From positions 1-46,372 of the forward strand of contig CATOCA020000031.1 of NCBI GenBank assembly GCA_951406725.2: 46,372 bases of DNA, read 5' to 3'. The translations under genes were made by a program, and so were the position numbers. The notes beneath the pieces were generated by a model. That model had not been told where the DNA came from. It ran no database searches and saw only the letters and a list, made by a program, of their open reading frames with translations. The DNA comes from Octopus vulgaris. Its lineage: Eukaryota. Positions 1 to 18,442 of the stretch are shown one piece after another. Numbering within the stretch: position 1 is the first letter of the stretch; every line of letters starts with the position of its first letter.

Positions 1-385
1 AGTGGATTTCATCCAGATAGTTTTGGCTGACGAGCTACAAGTGGATTTTTTTGTAAGTAAAATTACATTTAATTCATTAATAGTGAAACAATTGTCCCAA
101 AATAATCTGTATTTTTGTTATTTTTTATTTGCCCTGTCCGTGTGAGCTAACAATCGTACTGACTTTCATGGGAAACATGTATTTTTGTGGTTGAAACCTT
201 TTGGATTAACTAGTGCTAGAGTGAGCCATATAGTGACCACTCTCTTATATTTATTTTGTAAAAATATTATAATATATTATAAAATATTATAATAATCCAG
301 GTTTCTCGGAGCACTAGGCCACTTGGTGTTGAATAGATATACTATTAAATTAGTATCTAATTCTCTCACCCTTATTAATTAATTA
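1..385 (+). mobile_element. HHR-bearing non-coding element (retrozyme/PLE terminal-repeat-like), 5' cut by the window edge
   Basis: Contains the HHR and ends directly in (TA)n. Shares ACTAGGCC-CT(T)GGTG and CACCCT(A)TATTRATTAATTAT motifs with the 484-bp unit. Confidence 0.55.
14..109 (+). ncRNA. Type I hammerhead ribozyme
   Basis: Stem I CAGAT..TTTTGG (14-26) / CCAAAA..ATCTG (97-109); core CTGACGA 27-33; stem II GCTA/TAGT with a long loop; GAAA 85-88; short palindromic stem III CAATTG; GTC cleavage triplet 94-96. Confidence 0.8.
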
Positions 386-467
386 TATATATGTATATAT
401 ATATATATATGTATATATATATGTATATATATATATATATGTATATATGTATATATATGTATATATG

Positions 468-520
<53 letters not shown>

Positions 521-662
521 GTATATATATGTATATGTATATATATATATGTATATATATATATGTATATATATATATGTATATATATATGTATATATAT
601 ATGTATGTATATATATATATGTATATATATATATGTATATATATATGTATATATATATATGT
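384..662. repeat. (TA)n microsatellite with TG interruptions
   Basis: Direct reading. Confidence 0.97.
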
Positions 663-735
663 ACCGGAGTAAACACATAAATGTGAAACAAGGTGGAAAA
701 AAAGAGTACTCAAATACCAGTGGTAGAGTAATATG

Positions 736-1410
736 CTTTATTTTAAGCAGCAGAAAATTCAACAAAATCTGTTACTTCCGAGTTTCTCGTTGCCGTTCAT
801 CAGACAGTTTTTGCTAGAATGGAACATATATATTAATTCAATCTATACTCTACAAACGCTACACCTTTAAAAAGAAATGGACTTGTTTGATTGGCCCTTT
901 AGAAAAAACGGTCAATCTTCGAGCGATAAACAAAAAGGTCAAAAATATATGTATATATATATAAAAAACTTATAAAATTATAAAATCCGAGGAAAAAAAC
1001 CGAGGAAAAAACCTATTGCCGTTAATGAAGACAGTACAAATTAATGCATAGAAATTAAACCTGTTATAAATACTGCAATACATATTTATATTAAAATCCA
1101 CATATATATATCAACATACACAAAAGGATGCGCGTAAACGCCATACATACATATACAGACGTATGAATATGAATCTAAATTATACACATAAAAGCATGTG
1201 TACATATATTCACGCAAACCGTCTCGCACGCAAGCTAAAATTCATCTATGTAGCAATTCTCATATACTGAGCAAGGAGGGGGAACGAAAGAAAGGGAAAG
1301 AGAGAAAAAGAAACGAAGGAGGGGTGGGGAAAACTTGTAGCGATATTATTGACATCTATAGAGGCCAGTATACATACACAAGTTTGAATTGATACATATA
1401 CATACCGTCG
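736..1410. repeat. Left arm of a ~675-bp inverted repeat
   Basis: Reverse complement of 2147-2818 apart from a few small indels and substitutions. Confidence 0.93.
764..812 (-). ncRNA. Minimal type I hammerhead ribozyme (PLE)
   Basis: Minus strand AAAAACTGT CTGATGA A-CG-GCAA-CG-A GAAA CT-CGGA-AG TA ACAG ATTTT: stem I CTGT/ACAG, weak stem II, GUA site. Confidence 0.7.
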
Positions 1411-1817
1411 TGTGTATGCGTGCTTAAGCACAAGCATACTTTCACTTACACATACACAGATACGCATGCTTACAAATATATATGCTTTGCTATATACAAA
1501 CTTATATAAACATTCTAAATTTGACAACATTGCTTTTTTTAAAAAAAAAAAACTTTGCTTTTAAAAAATGGGTGCATTAATAAAAATATATACGAAAGAC
1601 GTATAAAATAAAATATAACATCCTATTTTGGGTCATTTATAAATAATCAAGGTAATATAAATAATCAAGGTAATCTTATGCAATACAATAACATGAAAAC
1701 AAAGTTTGTAGGTTTTTCCTAATATATATGTAGAAACAATAAGACTTTGCTATAGTTCCGTCGTAGCGCTCAAGAGTCAAAATCAAAATCAAAAAATCAA
1801 AATACAAAATATATACT

Positions 1818-2146
1818 CTATCCATATGGTATATTTATATTCGACATTTTAAATTTAGCCGTGTGCCTACATAAGTTCATTAATTCACTTCTTTGATTCA
1901 AAGAATTATTGTCTTTGAATAATATATGCATTTTTTCTAATAAGCAGAGCCTGCACTTGAAATTATATTTGTAAGCTCCATGCCTGTATGGTGCCGCCCT
2001 GTCCAGAATGCTCCATGTCACGTTGAAAGGTGGGGCTTCCTTTTCTTTTAGTTCCCAGACATATTTTGCTAGGCTGGTTTTCTTTCTGTTCTCTGGGTAT
2101 TTAAAAGAATTCTTATGAGAATAAAATCTTGTTTTAAATGAATTTT
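1818..2146 (-). pseudogene. C-terminal fragment of a Penelope-type GIY-YIG endonuclease (end of PLE ORF)
   Basis: FKTRFYSHKNSF...TSLAKYVWELK...WSIL...CRLCLLEKMHIL...LNQRSE...CRH is typical of PLE endonuclease C-termini. The GIY/YIG motifs were lost at the 2146/2147 inversion junction. Confidence 0.8.
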
Positions 2147-2818
2147 CGACGGTATGTATATGTATCAATTCAAACTTGTGTATGTATACTGGCCTCTATA
2201 GATGTCAATAATATCGCTACAAGTTTTCCCCACCCCTCCTTCGTTTCTTTTTCTCTCTTTCCTTTCTTTCGTTCCCCCTCCTTGCTCAGTATATGAGAAT
2301 TGCTACATAGATGAATTTTAGCTTATGCGTGCGAGACGGTTTGCGTGAATATATGTACACATGCTTTTATGTGTATAATTTAGATTCATATTCATACGTC
2401 TGTATATGTATGTATGGCGTTTACGCGCATCCTTTTGTGTATGTTGATATATATATGTGGATTTTAATATAAATATGTATTGCAGTATTTATAACAGGTT
2501 TAATTTCTATGCATTAATTTGTACTGTCTTCATTAACGGCAATAGGTTTTTTCCTCGGTTTTTTCCTCGGATTTTATAATTTTATAAGTTTTTTATATAT
2601 ATATACATATATTTTTGACCTTTTTGTTTATCGCTCGAAGATTGACCGTTTTTTCTAAAGGGCCAATCAAACAAGTCCATTTCTTTTTAAAGGTGTAGCG
2701 TTTGTAAGAGTATAGATTGAATTAATATATATGTTCCATTCTAGCAAAAACTGTCTGATGAACGGCAACGAAAACTCGGAGTAACAGATTTTGTTGAATT
2801 TTTCTGCTTAAAATAAAG
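2147..2818. repeat. Right arm of the inverted repeat
   Basis: Reverse complement of 736-1410. Confidence 0.93.
2746..2792 (+). ncRNA. Second (inverted) copy of the PLE hammerhead, with two 1-nt deletions
   Basis: CTGT CTGATGA ACGGCAAC GAAAA CTCGGAG TA ACAG. Confidence 0.6.
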
Positions 2819-4717
<1,899 letters not shown>

Positions 4718-5066
4718 GGAGTTGCAATGTACATCCGAGATGACCTCAACACCATAGCGGTCCTGCTGTCATCTCAAAGCTAGAATATTAAATCAAATTG
4801 TACATATATAGTACAACTAATATGTCATAGCTACATATGCTGTCCACCAGGCCCAGTCTGCTCTGGCATGTTTGAAGGGCTGGATGCCTCTCCTAGGGAC
4901 GCCAACCACATATATGTACATATATATATGTACATATATATATATGTTCATATATATATATATATGTACATATGTGGAATGGCCTAGGGGGCAGATACTC
5001 CCAGGGATGACACACCATCAGCAGGCACAGGTGGAGTCCCTGCTCCATCTCACAAATGCGTCTTTC
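4718..5066 (+). pseudogene. Degenerate LINE APE-endonuclease fragment (related to family B)
   Basis: [10 protein letters not shown] and VEWPRGQILPGMTHHQQAQVESLLHLTN align with [10 protein letters not shown] and [28 protein letters not shown] of the 13315-14841 ORF. Contains stops, frameshifts and an internal TA tract. Confidence 0.8.
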
Positions 5067-5166
5067 NNNNNNNNNNNNNNNNNNNNNNNNNNNNNNNNNN
5101 NNNNNNNNNNNNNNNNNNNNNNNNNNNNNNNNNNNNNNNNNNNNNNNNNNNNNNNNNNNNNNNNNN

Positions 5167-6623
5167 AATGAAAAGAACACTTTGGGGTTGAGTTTGATTT
5201 TTTCAATGGCCCACTTCTCCTCAGCTGATCTTTGGTTATTGATGAGGGACTTCATGCATTGTTGGAGGTTATATTTTTTGGATTCAAGCAGTGCGATAGC
5301 CGTCGAATGTGTGTGTTGCTGTTGGCAGTACTTTAGTTTGTTAATTTTTTTGTTTGTTCTTTTTATTTTTCTGATAATGGTTTTTCTGTTTTGGGGGATT
5401 CTGCACTTTTTGTTCACAGGTCTTGGTGGGGAGTGTTTTGCACATATGTCTGTGACGGTGTCTACAAAGATCTGCCAAGATGTTTTATGGTTGGTGGAGA
5501 TGTGTGTATGTGTAAAGGACCAGTCAACATTTGATAGCTCGTTCCTGATTGCATCCCAGTTGGCTTTATGGAGATCCATGTTGTCAAATGGGTGGGCTGG
5601 AGGAAGGTCACTAGGATTAGCTTTCGGCTGGTGGAATTTCATGTTACAGAGAACCATGTCATGGTCTGAAAGAAGGGTTTTTTCCACTGTAACGTTATGT
5701 ATAGTGTTAGTGTGGTTACTAAACACTAGGTCCAAAATGTTCTGATGTCTTGTTGGTGCAAGGACAAGTTGGGACAAGAAAAACTCATTCGTAAAGTCGA
5801 AAAGTGACTCTGCTGCTTCTTTGTCAGCGGTTGAGGCGGGAGTGCTTGGTTTCAAACAGTTTGTAGTCCAGTCAACACAGGGTAGATTGAAGTCTCCCAT
5901 CATGAGTATGTTGCTAGAATGGCACTGTTGAATAAAGCACTTAATGCTGTTGAGGCATTCTTTAAAGCACAGTATGGGTGTTTGGGGCGGCCTATAGAGC
6001 CCAATTACTGTCAGATCATTGGCTTTGTTGTGCACGGTGACTGATTCACAGTAGCCGTTGGAGAATATACTATTTCCATCTGCCGTAAATGAATCATGCA
6101 GGAAAATGGCAGTTCCACCCTTCCTCCTGCCGATACGATCCGCGCGGATGGTTGTGAAATTCTTCACTCTCACTTCGGCTTCCAAGTGGGAGTTGTCAAG
6201 GTGGGTCTCAGTGAGAATGAAGAAAGGGATGTGGTGTGAATGGTTACCAACCCAGTCTTCAATGAATTGGACCTTCCATTTTTGTGCATTGATGGAAGGG
6301 CTGACACCTTGTGCATTGAGTAGGAATGTGGAGGTTAGTGTAGTGGCTGGTTTTGACTGTTGCAGGGGGCTTGGATTTTTTGTGTGTGTTAGTGGCAGCA
6401 ATGTGGGGAATTGGTGCACTGGGGTAATAGCATAGGATGGTGTTGAGTGATGGCTAGAATGTTTTTGTGTATCTCTTTTGCCATGTTCAACATGGCTAAA
6501 AAGAATTTTCCTGCTTAGGGAGCAGTTTTTGGCTGGAGGTGTGGTTGCACTGTTGGATAGGGTTGTAGTTTCCACTTTTGTTGTTGTTGTTTTTGTGTCT
6601 TCCTGAAAAGACTGGACCAGCAT
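5167..6623 (-). CDS. LINE ORF2 N-terminus: apurinic-like (APE/EEP) endonuclease and linker
   Basis: Motifs LLNAQG, LTETHL, DR..RRKGG, YRPP, MGDFNLP, PTR..NILDLVFSN, SDH, and IKLNPKVFF. Start codon uncertain; truncated by the gap. Confidence 0.9.
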
Positions 6624-7616
6624 TACTGCAGCATGGTGTGTTTCTATTTTTATTGTTATTCAGGTTTGTGTGTTGGCTTGAGGCCCCGTTTCTGTTTGTG
6701 CGTCGGGTCCCTGGAAGATGAGTGAAGGGACAGTCACTCAGTAGACATGTTCTCTCACGTTGGGAATACCGGCAGATTTTGGGACTCCGAGTTGTGTGTG
6801 TTTTGAATTTCGATTTACTATTTGGTGGTGTTGATGTTATTGTGGGATGCGTGCTTTGGCCTTGGCCAGTAGTGCGTCTAGTGCCGGGTAGATGCGTGAA
6901 GATGCAGTCACTATTTGTGCAGAGTCTCTGGCGCAGTGAATAGCGGCATATTTGGGGATTTCTTGTTTGTGCCGTGGGGGCGCATTCTGCTTCCTATGTT
7001 TCTTTAAGTTTTTGTTACTGCAGTAGTATTGAGGTGGTGATGTGGGGGAAGAGGGCAGTGGTTTCTTATTTGGTTTTCTGTTGGTATTTTTGGTGATAGA
7101 AGACGATGGTGGCAGCGGTGGTGATGATGATGATGATAATTGTGGTGGTTGCTGTGAGAGCGGTGAAAAGATACTGGCATTTAGTGAATCGTCTAGTAAG
7201 CTAGAGTTGAGGAGTGGCTGTTGTTGTTCTTGTTGCTGTGGCTGTTGTTGTTGTTGTTGTGCCTGACCGATGTCAGGGTCAGCCATTGTGTTGGGAACCA
7301 GGAGTGGCTCATTCTGTTGTTGTTGTTGTTGTGGCTGCTGATTTTCTAGCTGTTGTTGTTCTTGAACTGTGAAAATATGTAGAAGCTTTTCATAATGGCC
7401 TCTTATCAGTTTGAAAGATACTTCGATATGTTTCAACTTGCTACGAATCTGTTTGACGGATCGTGTGTTGACCACTTGTGATGTTTTTTCGGCAATCTCA
7501 TTCAAACACAAGACATTTAGATTTTCTGTTTGGGAAAGAGAGAGCCATGTGTTTATTAAAACATCAATTTCGTTATCAGACCAATTTCGTCTGTTGCAGG
7601 CCTGCAAGTTAGTCAT
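6496..7616 (-). CDS. LINE ORF1 (one apparent frameshift at ~6955-6993): Myb/SANT-like N-terminus, polyQ/Ser-Pro linker, two CCCH zinc fingers
   Basis: RRNWSDNEIDVLINTW...IAEK...RSVKQIRSKLKHI. In the -1 frame, CRYSLRQRLCTNSDCIFTH (6948-6892) and CRYSQRERTCLLSDCPFTH (6774-6718), each followed by LPGTRR. Confidence 0.75.
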
Positions 7617-7941
7617 GTTTGTTTTTCTTTTGTTTGTTTTCCTTTTGATTTTTGAAAATATATATATTCTTTCTTGGGAGTTAAAGAAGTGTATATATAT
7701 ATAAATGTTCTCTCTTAAGGGTGTGAGTTTTTGATTATTTGGTTGTTTGAGGATATTAAAAGAAAAACAGGTGTATATAACAATTTGTAGTTAAATGAAA
7801 ACGTACTTACGGGTTTGTAGGCAAACACGTGGTTACAAATATATATATATTTAAGGTCAGTTAGTTTTGAAGCTGTGTAGCTTGCTACTGACTCGGGAGA
7901 GAAACAAATAGACGTCCGTCCAGTTCAACAGTTACATTCAA

Positions 7942-11641
<3,700 letters not shown>

Positions 11642-11736
11642 TGATTGATTGATTGATTCTAGTTTCAGATTGATTATGAGCTGAGCTGTGGCCATGCTGG
11701 GGCACCGCCATTTTGGTGTTGCTACTTGGTTTCACT

Positions 11737-14700
11737 TCATGGAGGCTTTCTAGCAACTGCTATTTGGTGCATGAGAGAGTTCGATGCAGCTGCCCTCATC
11801 TGCCCCTCCTGCCGTGAAGTTGGTTCATCTGGGACACCTGACAGGAAGAGATCCAGCTTCATTTTAAAGACATCTGTATCCACCCCATGCAGGTCTCTCA
11901 GGTTCTTCGGGAGGATATTGAAGAGCTGTGGGCCTCGGAAGCCCAGGCTATCACAGAATCTTGTCCTACATCTTGATGGCAGGTTTGGAGTCCTAGGCAC
12001 CACGCAGTGGCGCCCAGTTCTGGCATTTGCGTAACTCTCGATGCCAAAGTTCAGGACACTTCCCTCCAGGATCTTCCAGATGTATATTATGGCATATCTT
12101 TCCCGCCTACGCTCCAGGGAATATAATTTTAATCTCTTGAGTCTTTCCCAGTAGCTTACATTCTGCATAGAGGCTATCTTCTTTGTGTAGCTTCGTTGGA
12201 TCGCCTCAAGTTCTGTGATCAACTTGACACTGGATGGTGACCATAGCTGAGAGCAATAGTCAAAGTGGCTTAGGACAAGTGTCTTCCAGAGGACCATCAT
12301 GGTTTCTTGTTCTCTTGTTCTAAAGGTTCTAAGAATCCATCCAGCCAGCCGTCTACATTTCATTGTCAGTTTAGCAACATGTACATGAAAGGTCGCGTCA
12401 TCACTCATGTGAATACCCAGGTCACGCACTGATTGTGCCTCTGGGATTGCAATCCCTCCGGGTCCAGTGTATTCATTGGGTATTGCATTCAGTTTTGCAT
12501 GCTGATAGTATAAAGCTTGAAACTTTCCAGCATTGAACTGCATGCTATTCTTTTCAGCCCACTTGTATATTTCGTCCAGCTCACATTGCAGGTGTTTAGT
12601 GTCCTCAGGGTTCTGTATTGCCTGTGAGACTTTTGTATCATCTGCATAACTTGTGATCGTGGCTCTCTGCGTGGCTGAGGGCATGTCTGAGAGGGCCATT
12701 ATGAACAGTAGTGGTCCCAGAACAGTGCCCTGCGGAACACCGCTCACTATTTGTGTGTTAATGGAGGTGGCCCCATTGGCTACTACCACCTGACTTCTAT
12801 CCTTCAGAAAGTCATGAAGCCATTCTCCCAGTTTTCCAACTATGTTGAGATCACGCAGTTTGTGACATATCATTCCATGATCGACTTTATCAAAGGCCTT
12901 TGCAAAGTCGAGATATATCACTTCCACATTTGAGTGGTTGAGCAGCCGTTTCAGCACCCAGTCATAGTGTTGTAGGAGCTGAGTTAAACAGCTTCTCCTG
13001 GTCGGAAACCATGTTGGGTGTCGGGCAGCAAGTCATTCTCTTCAAGGAAGGTGATCAGCTTCCTTCTGACTATTCGTTCCATGACCTTGCTGATGTGTGA
13101 GGTCAGAGAGATAGGTCTATAGTTCTTGGCTTCCGCTCTGCTACCTCCTTTATGAATGGGGCATATTTTACCTTCCTTCAGTTTTCCTGGAAGTTTGCCA
13201 GCTGCAAGGAAGCTCTGAAAGAGGAACTGCAGTGGTCTTGCTAGGACTCTCTTACATGCTTTTAGGAGGATTGCCGGGAATCCATCGGGGCCAGTAGCTG
13301 AGTCTGTTTTCATTTCATCTATAGCCTTGGTTACATCGTCTTCCTTTATATCGATGTAATCTATCGTCGCCGCCTCTGATTTTATATCTGCAGTGGTAAA
13401 AAAAGTCAGTTGGATTGGTGATTTGGAGATGCCCAAGGGGTGGAGTGAAAACACTCTTGAATTGCTCATTCAGTATTTCACTTACCCTCATTGGTTTTCC
13501 TGTAAGTGTGCCATCCTTTTCAAGGAGTGGCCCTATTCTACAGTGCACTGTAGCTGTTTCTTTGGCATACCTGTAGAAAGCTCTGGGGTTAGATTTTATG
13601 TTTTCTATAGCCCAGGCTTCTTTGTCTGCTCTTTCTTTTTCATGGGAGAGTTGCAGACATTTTTCGATTTCCAACAGTTTTATTTTTAGGCGGGACTTTT
13701 CACTGCTTTCAATCTGTTTGTTTAGGCGATTTGAAAATTTCGTACGCCGTCTCATTAAAATTTTCCTCTCTCTGGGGATTTTGTTCTTGTGTACAGTGGC
13801 CTTTCTCTCTGGGACACATTTGTAGCATATGGCTTGCATTACAGACATGAATTGTTGAAGTTTCACGTCGATGTCTGGCGAGGAGAGACATTCAGGCCAG
13901 TTTTGTTTGAGGATCTCTTTCTCAATTTGTTTCCAGTTTGCCTTATGGTAGTTCAAGCTGGAAAGATTTTGAGGGTTTCTTGTAGGCTGCATGTCCGTGC
14001 TCTCTTTTGGCCCGTACATGGTCAGCTCTATCATGTTGTGATCCGAGAGTAGTGTCGGTGTCACTTTCACATTATGGATGAGATCCATGTCATTTGTGAA
14101 GCAGAGATCCAGTGTGTTACCTGCCCTGGTTGGTTGGAGTATTACCTGCTCCATGTACAGGGTGTTGATGAGGTTCAGGAGGGACCTCGCCTGTCCTCGT
14201 TCACATCTTGTCATTCCTGGGAGAGAAAGGCCCTCGGGCCATCTGACATTGGGCAGATTGAAGTCTCCCATAAGAAGCACACCTATGTGTTGTTCTAATG
14301 TGGTTAGAATTTCTTCTATTTTTATAAGGCAGTCTTCAAACTTGCCCACATGGCTTGGGGCATCTGGAGGGCGATATGTAGCACACACAACTACATCAAG
14401 TTGCCTAATATGTACAATTAGTGTGTCACACACCGAGTTTGAGTATGACAAGAGGACCTGGGGTGTGAGGTCCTCACGGATGTACATAGCAACACCTCCA
14501 TGACTCCTTTCTTTCCTGTCGGTCCGTAGTACAGCATACTGTGGTATGTGTAACTCCGCATCTGCTATGTCCGGTTTCAGGTGCGTTTCTGTAAGTGCTA
14601 TGCATAAGGCTTGATTGCATGCAACAAAGTCTCTCAGGAACGGGATCTTTGTCCTGTTACTGAGTGTTTGCAGTCCTCTGATGTTCAGTAGGAGTATCGA

Positions 14701-14841
14701 GGTGAGGTGTACGTTGTTGCCGGCGGTGTCCATCCTGTGTCTGTTTGCTGTGGTGGTCTGGTATATAGTGGGTAGTCCCACCTGCGGGCTTGGGTTTGAT
14801 GAAGCCAGGTCAGCTGCTGTACAATCTTTTGTGCCATGCAC
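11737..14841 (-). CDS. LINE ORF2: APE endonuclease + reverse transcriptase (frameshifts near ~13410 and ~12995)
   Basis: LLNIRG, LTETHL, YRPP, GDFNLP, LDLCFTN, SDH; [55 protein letters not shown]. Confidence 0.92.
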
Positions 14842-15040
14842 AAAAAAGATTGTTGCTCAGCAGCTGCTCTTTCGACAACATCATGTTGGCTGTTTGTGGC
14901 GCGCACAACATCTGCGTACCTCCGCTTTGGGGCAGGTGGTGCGTAGTCCATCCCTTTTCTTTGTGTTGATGGTTTGTCCATCTGCCTCGTGTCTCTGTGG
15001 CAGGGTCCCCGATGTGCAAAGCGGCAGCCTGCACCTTCCT
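14685..15040 (-). CDS. C-terminal part of LINE family B ORF1
   Basis: Starts at the gap with GAGCRFAH (end of a CCCH-like finger) and overlaps ORF2, which lies in the -1 frame. Confidence 0.65.
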
Positions 15041-15140
15041 NNNNNNNNNNNNNNNNNNNNNNNNNNNNNNNNNNNNNNNNNNNNNNNNNNNNNNNNNNNN
15101 NNNNNNNNNNNNNNNNNNNNNNNNNNNNNNNNNNNNNNNN

Positions 15141-15800
15141 ACACACACACATGTATATATACACACACACGACCACACATACACATACACACAAATAAAT
15201 ATATACATACACACACATACACATACACACATACACACACATATCCACATACACACATGCACACACAACACACAAGTCCCTATATACTCATATATACATA
15301 TACACATATATGTATATATACATATATATATACACATATATATATATACATACATATGTGTACCTATTCATACCTACACATACACACATATACATACAAA
15401 TACAAACCCAATCCCTAATTTTAATTTTATTATCTTTATTTATTACTTTTGTTATCTTTGACCGCTGGTCACAAGCATCTTGGCTACGACAGCTAGTCCC
15501 TTTTATGTTTCTACTTGAGCACAGGCACTCACTCACGCACGCACACTCATTAGCACGCACACTCACTCATTCGTACACTCATACACATACACGCACGCAC
15601 GCGTTATATTCATACATACATACATCTACATACATACACGTATATACACATACGTACGCGTACCTACAGATTCATGTCTACAATCTTAGAAGACTAGTCT
15701 ATACATATACACCAATAAATATATATACACACATACATATACACCTACATACAAATACATACATACATATATATACACATATATATATATATATACACAT

Positions 15801-15845
<45 letters not shown>

Positions 15846-15919
15846 CATATCCGCATACATACATACATATCATACATACATACATATATATACACATACA
15901 TATACCCACACGTATACAT

Positions 15920-15950
<31 letters not shown>

Positions 15951-16697
15951 CATACATACATATACATACATACATACATATACATATATACACACACACA
16001 TACATACACATATACACATACACGCACATACACATATACATGCGTACCCATACACACACACACACGCGCATCCATATATACACATAAGTACACACATGCG
16101 TAAAAGTATACATATATCTATGCTTACACATACACACACACACACGCCACTCCTTATGTTCATACTTACATGCATACTCAAAAATAAGTAATAAAAATAT
16201 ATATACGTGCAGTTATTCATACATGCATACTCAAAAAATAAATAATAAATAATTTATTAAGTATATATACGTGCAGTTACCTATTATACAGACGGATACA
16301 TACATATAAATTTACACACACATATACTCTTTACTCTTTTACTCTTTTACTTGTTTCAGTCATTTGACTGCGGCCATGCTGGAGCACCACCTTTTAGTAC
16401 TTATTCTATCGGTCTCTTTTTGCCGAACCGCTAAGTGACGGGGACCTAAACACACCAGCATCGGTTGTCAAGCAATGCTAGGGGGACAAACACAGACACA
16501 CAAACACACACACATATACATATATATACATATATACGACAGGCTTCTTTCAGTTTCCGTCTACCAAATCCACTCACAAGGCATTGGTCGGCCCGGGGCT
16601 ATAGCAGAAGACACTTGCCCAAGATGCCACGCAGTGGGACTGAACCCGCAACCGTGTGGTTGGTTAGCAAGATACTTACCACACAGCCACTCCTGCG

Positions 16698-16779
<82 letters not shown>

Positions 16780-16932
16780 CTTACACATATGTACATATAC
16801 ATACACACATACATAACTCTACGTACCTACATATACCTAAACACAGGAGCGTACACGTATATGTACATATACACATACACATACACACACATATATACAT
16901 ACATACATATACATACACGCATATATACACAC

Positions 16933-16985
<53 letters not shown>

Positions 16986-17036
16986 CACACACATACACAC
17001 ACATATACATACATATACATACACACACATACACAT

Positions 17037-17087
<51 letters not shown>

Positions 17088-17346
17088 TATATATACATAT
17101 ACACATACATACATACATACACATACACATACATATACACACACACACATACATATATACACACACACACATACATATACACATACATACACATATATAT
17201 ACACACATATATATATATATATACCTATATATATATATATATACATACATATACATGTGTGCAAACATACATACATACTCGTACACACTCACACACATAT
17301 ACATATATACACACACTTACACACACACATATATATATATATATAC

Positions 17347-17387
<41 letters not shown>

Positions 17388-17443
17388 TATACACACACAC
17401 ATATATACACACATACACATATGTACAGATACACACACATATT

Positions 17444-17495
<52 letters not shown>

Positions 17496-17532
17496 AAGAC
17501 ACACATATATATAAATATATATACATACACAA

Positions 17533-17565
<33 letters not shown>

Positions 17566-17931
17566 CTCATATATATATACCCACACCTACACATACACAC
17601 ATATATACATACATATACACACATACACACACACACACATATATGTACATACATACACATACACATACATATACATATACATATACACATGCACATACGT
17701 ATAACTCTACATACCCACATATACATATATATATATATATATATACATATACACACACATATATATACATATACACATATGTATATATACACACATATAT
17801 ATACCCATTTACAATCTGTATATACACACACATACATGCACATACACATAACTCTACATACCTACATATACATCGACATACTCGCGTACACTCATATATA
17901 TATATATATACACATACACATACACATACAT

Positions 17932-17973
<42 letters not shown>

Positions 17974-18000
17974 ATAAATATATATATATACATACACGCG

Positions 18001-18050
<50 letters not shown>

Positions 18051-18077
18051 TACACATACACATACATATACACACAT

Positions 18078-18125
<48 letters not shown>

Positions 18126-18408
18126 CAACAATTGAGGGTAAAGTTAATTAGTTATTAATCAATTTCACCAAGTATTCAGTATGTAAAAGGACCATTATTT
18201 TTTTGAGTAAACATTGTCTGAGAAAATTTTCTTTAAGTAGTGGAAAAGGCTAAAAAACTTATTTGGCTGCTATTTCTAGAAAGTTCAGTATTTGGCAAAG
18301 TAATTTATTTTACTAAGCCCTAATTATATAATATTTTATATATACATATACATACATACACACATACATATACACATACATATGCATACACACATATATA
18401 CATATATA

Positions 18409-18442
<34 letters not shown>

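Larger units (their letters stand above)
663..2818 (-). mobile_element. 5'-truncated Penelope-like element with an inverted copy of its 3' end
   Basis: GIY-YIG C-terminus and 3' UTR with HHR on the minus strand (2146->663). Bases 2147-2818 are the reverse complement of 736-1410. (TA)n on both sides. Confidence 0.85.
5167..7941 (-). mobile_element. 5' half of a LINE (family A, CR1-like): 5' UTR, ORF1, ORF2 N-terminus
   Basis: ORF1 is followed by an APE-containing ORF2. The 5' end abuts (TA)n and the 3' part is lost in an N gap. Confidence 0.9.

Noticed and set aside
15455-15530. Small hairpins (TGACC-GCT-GGTCA) and GAAAC on the minus strand
   Set aside because: No complete ribozyme core; too short to assign.
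16169-16280. ~50-bp imperfect direct duplication (CATGCATACTCAAAAATAA..TATATACGTGCAGTTA)
   Set aside because: A local tandem duplication in low-complexity DNA. It does not flank the SINE, so it is not a target-site duplication.
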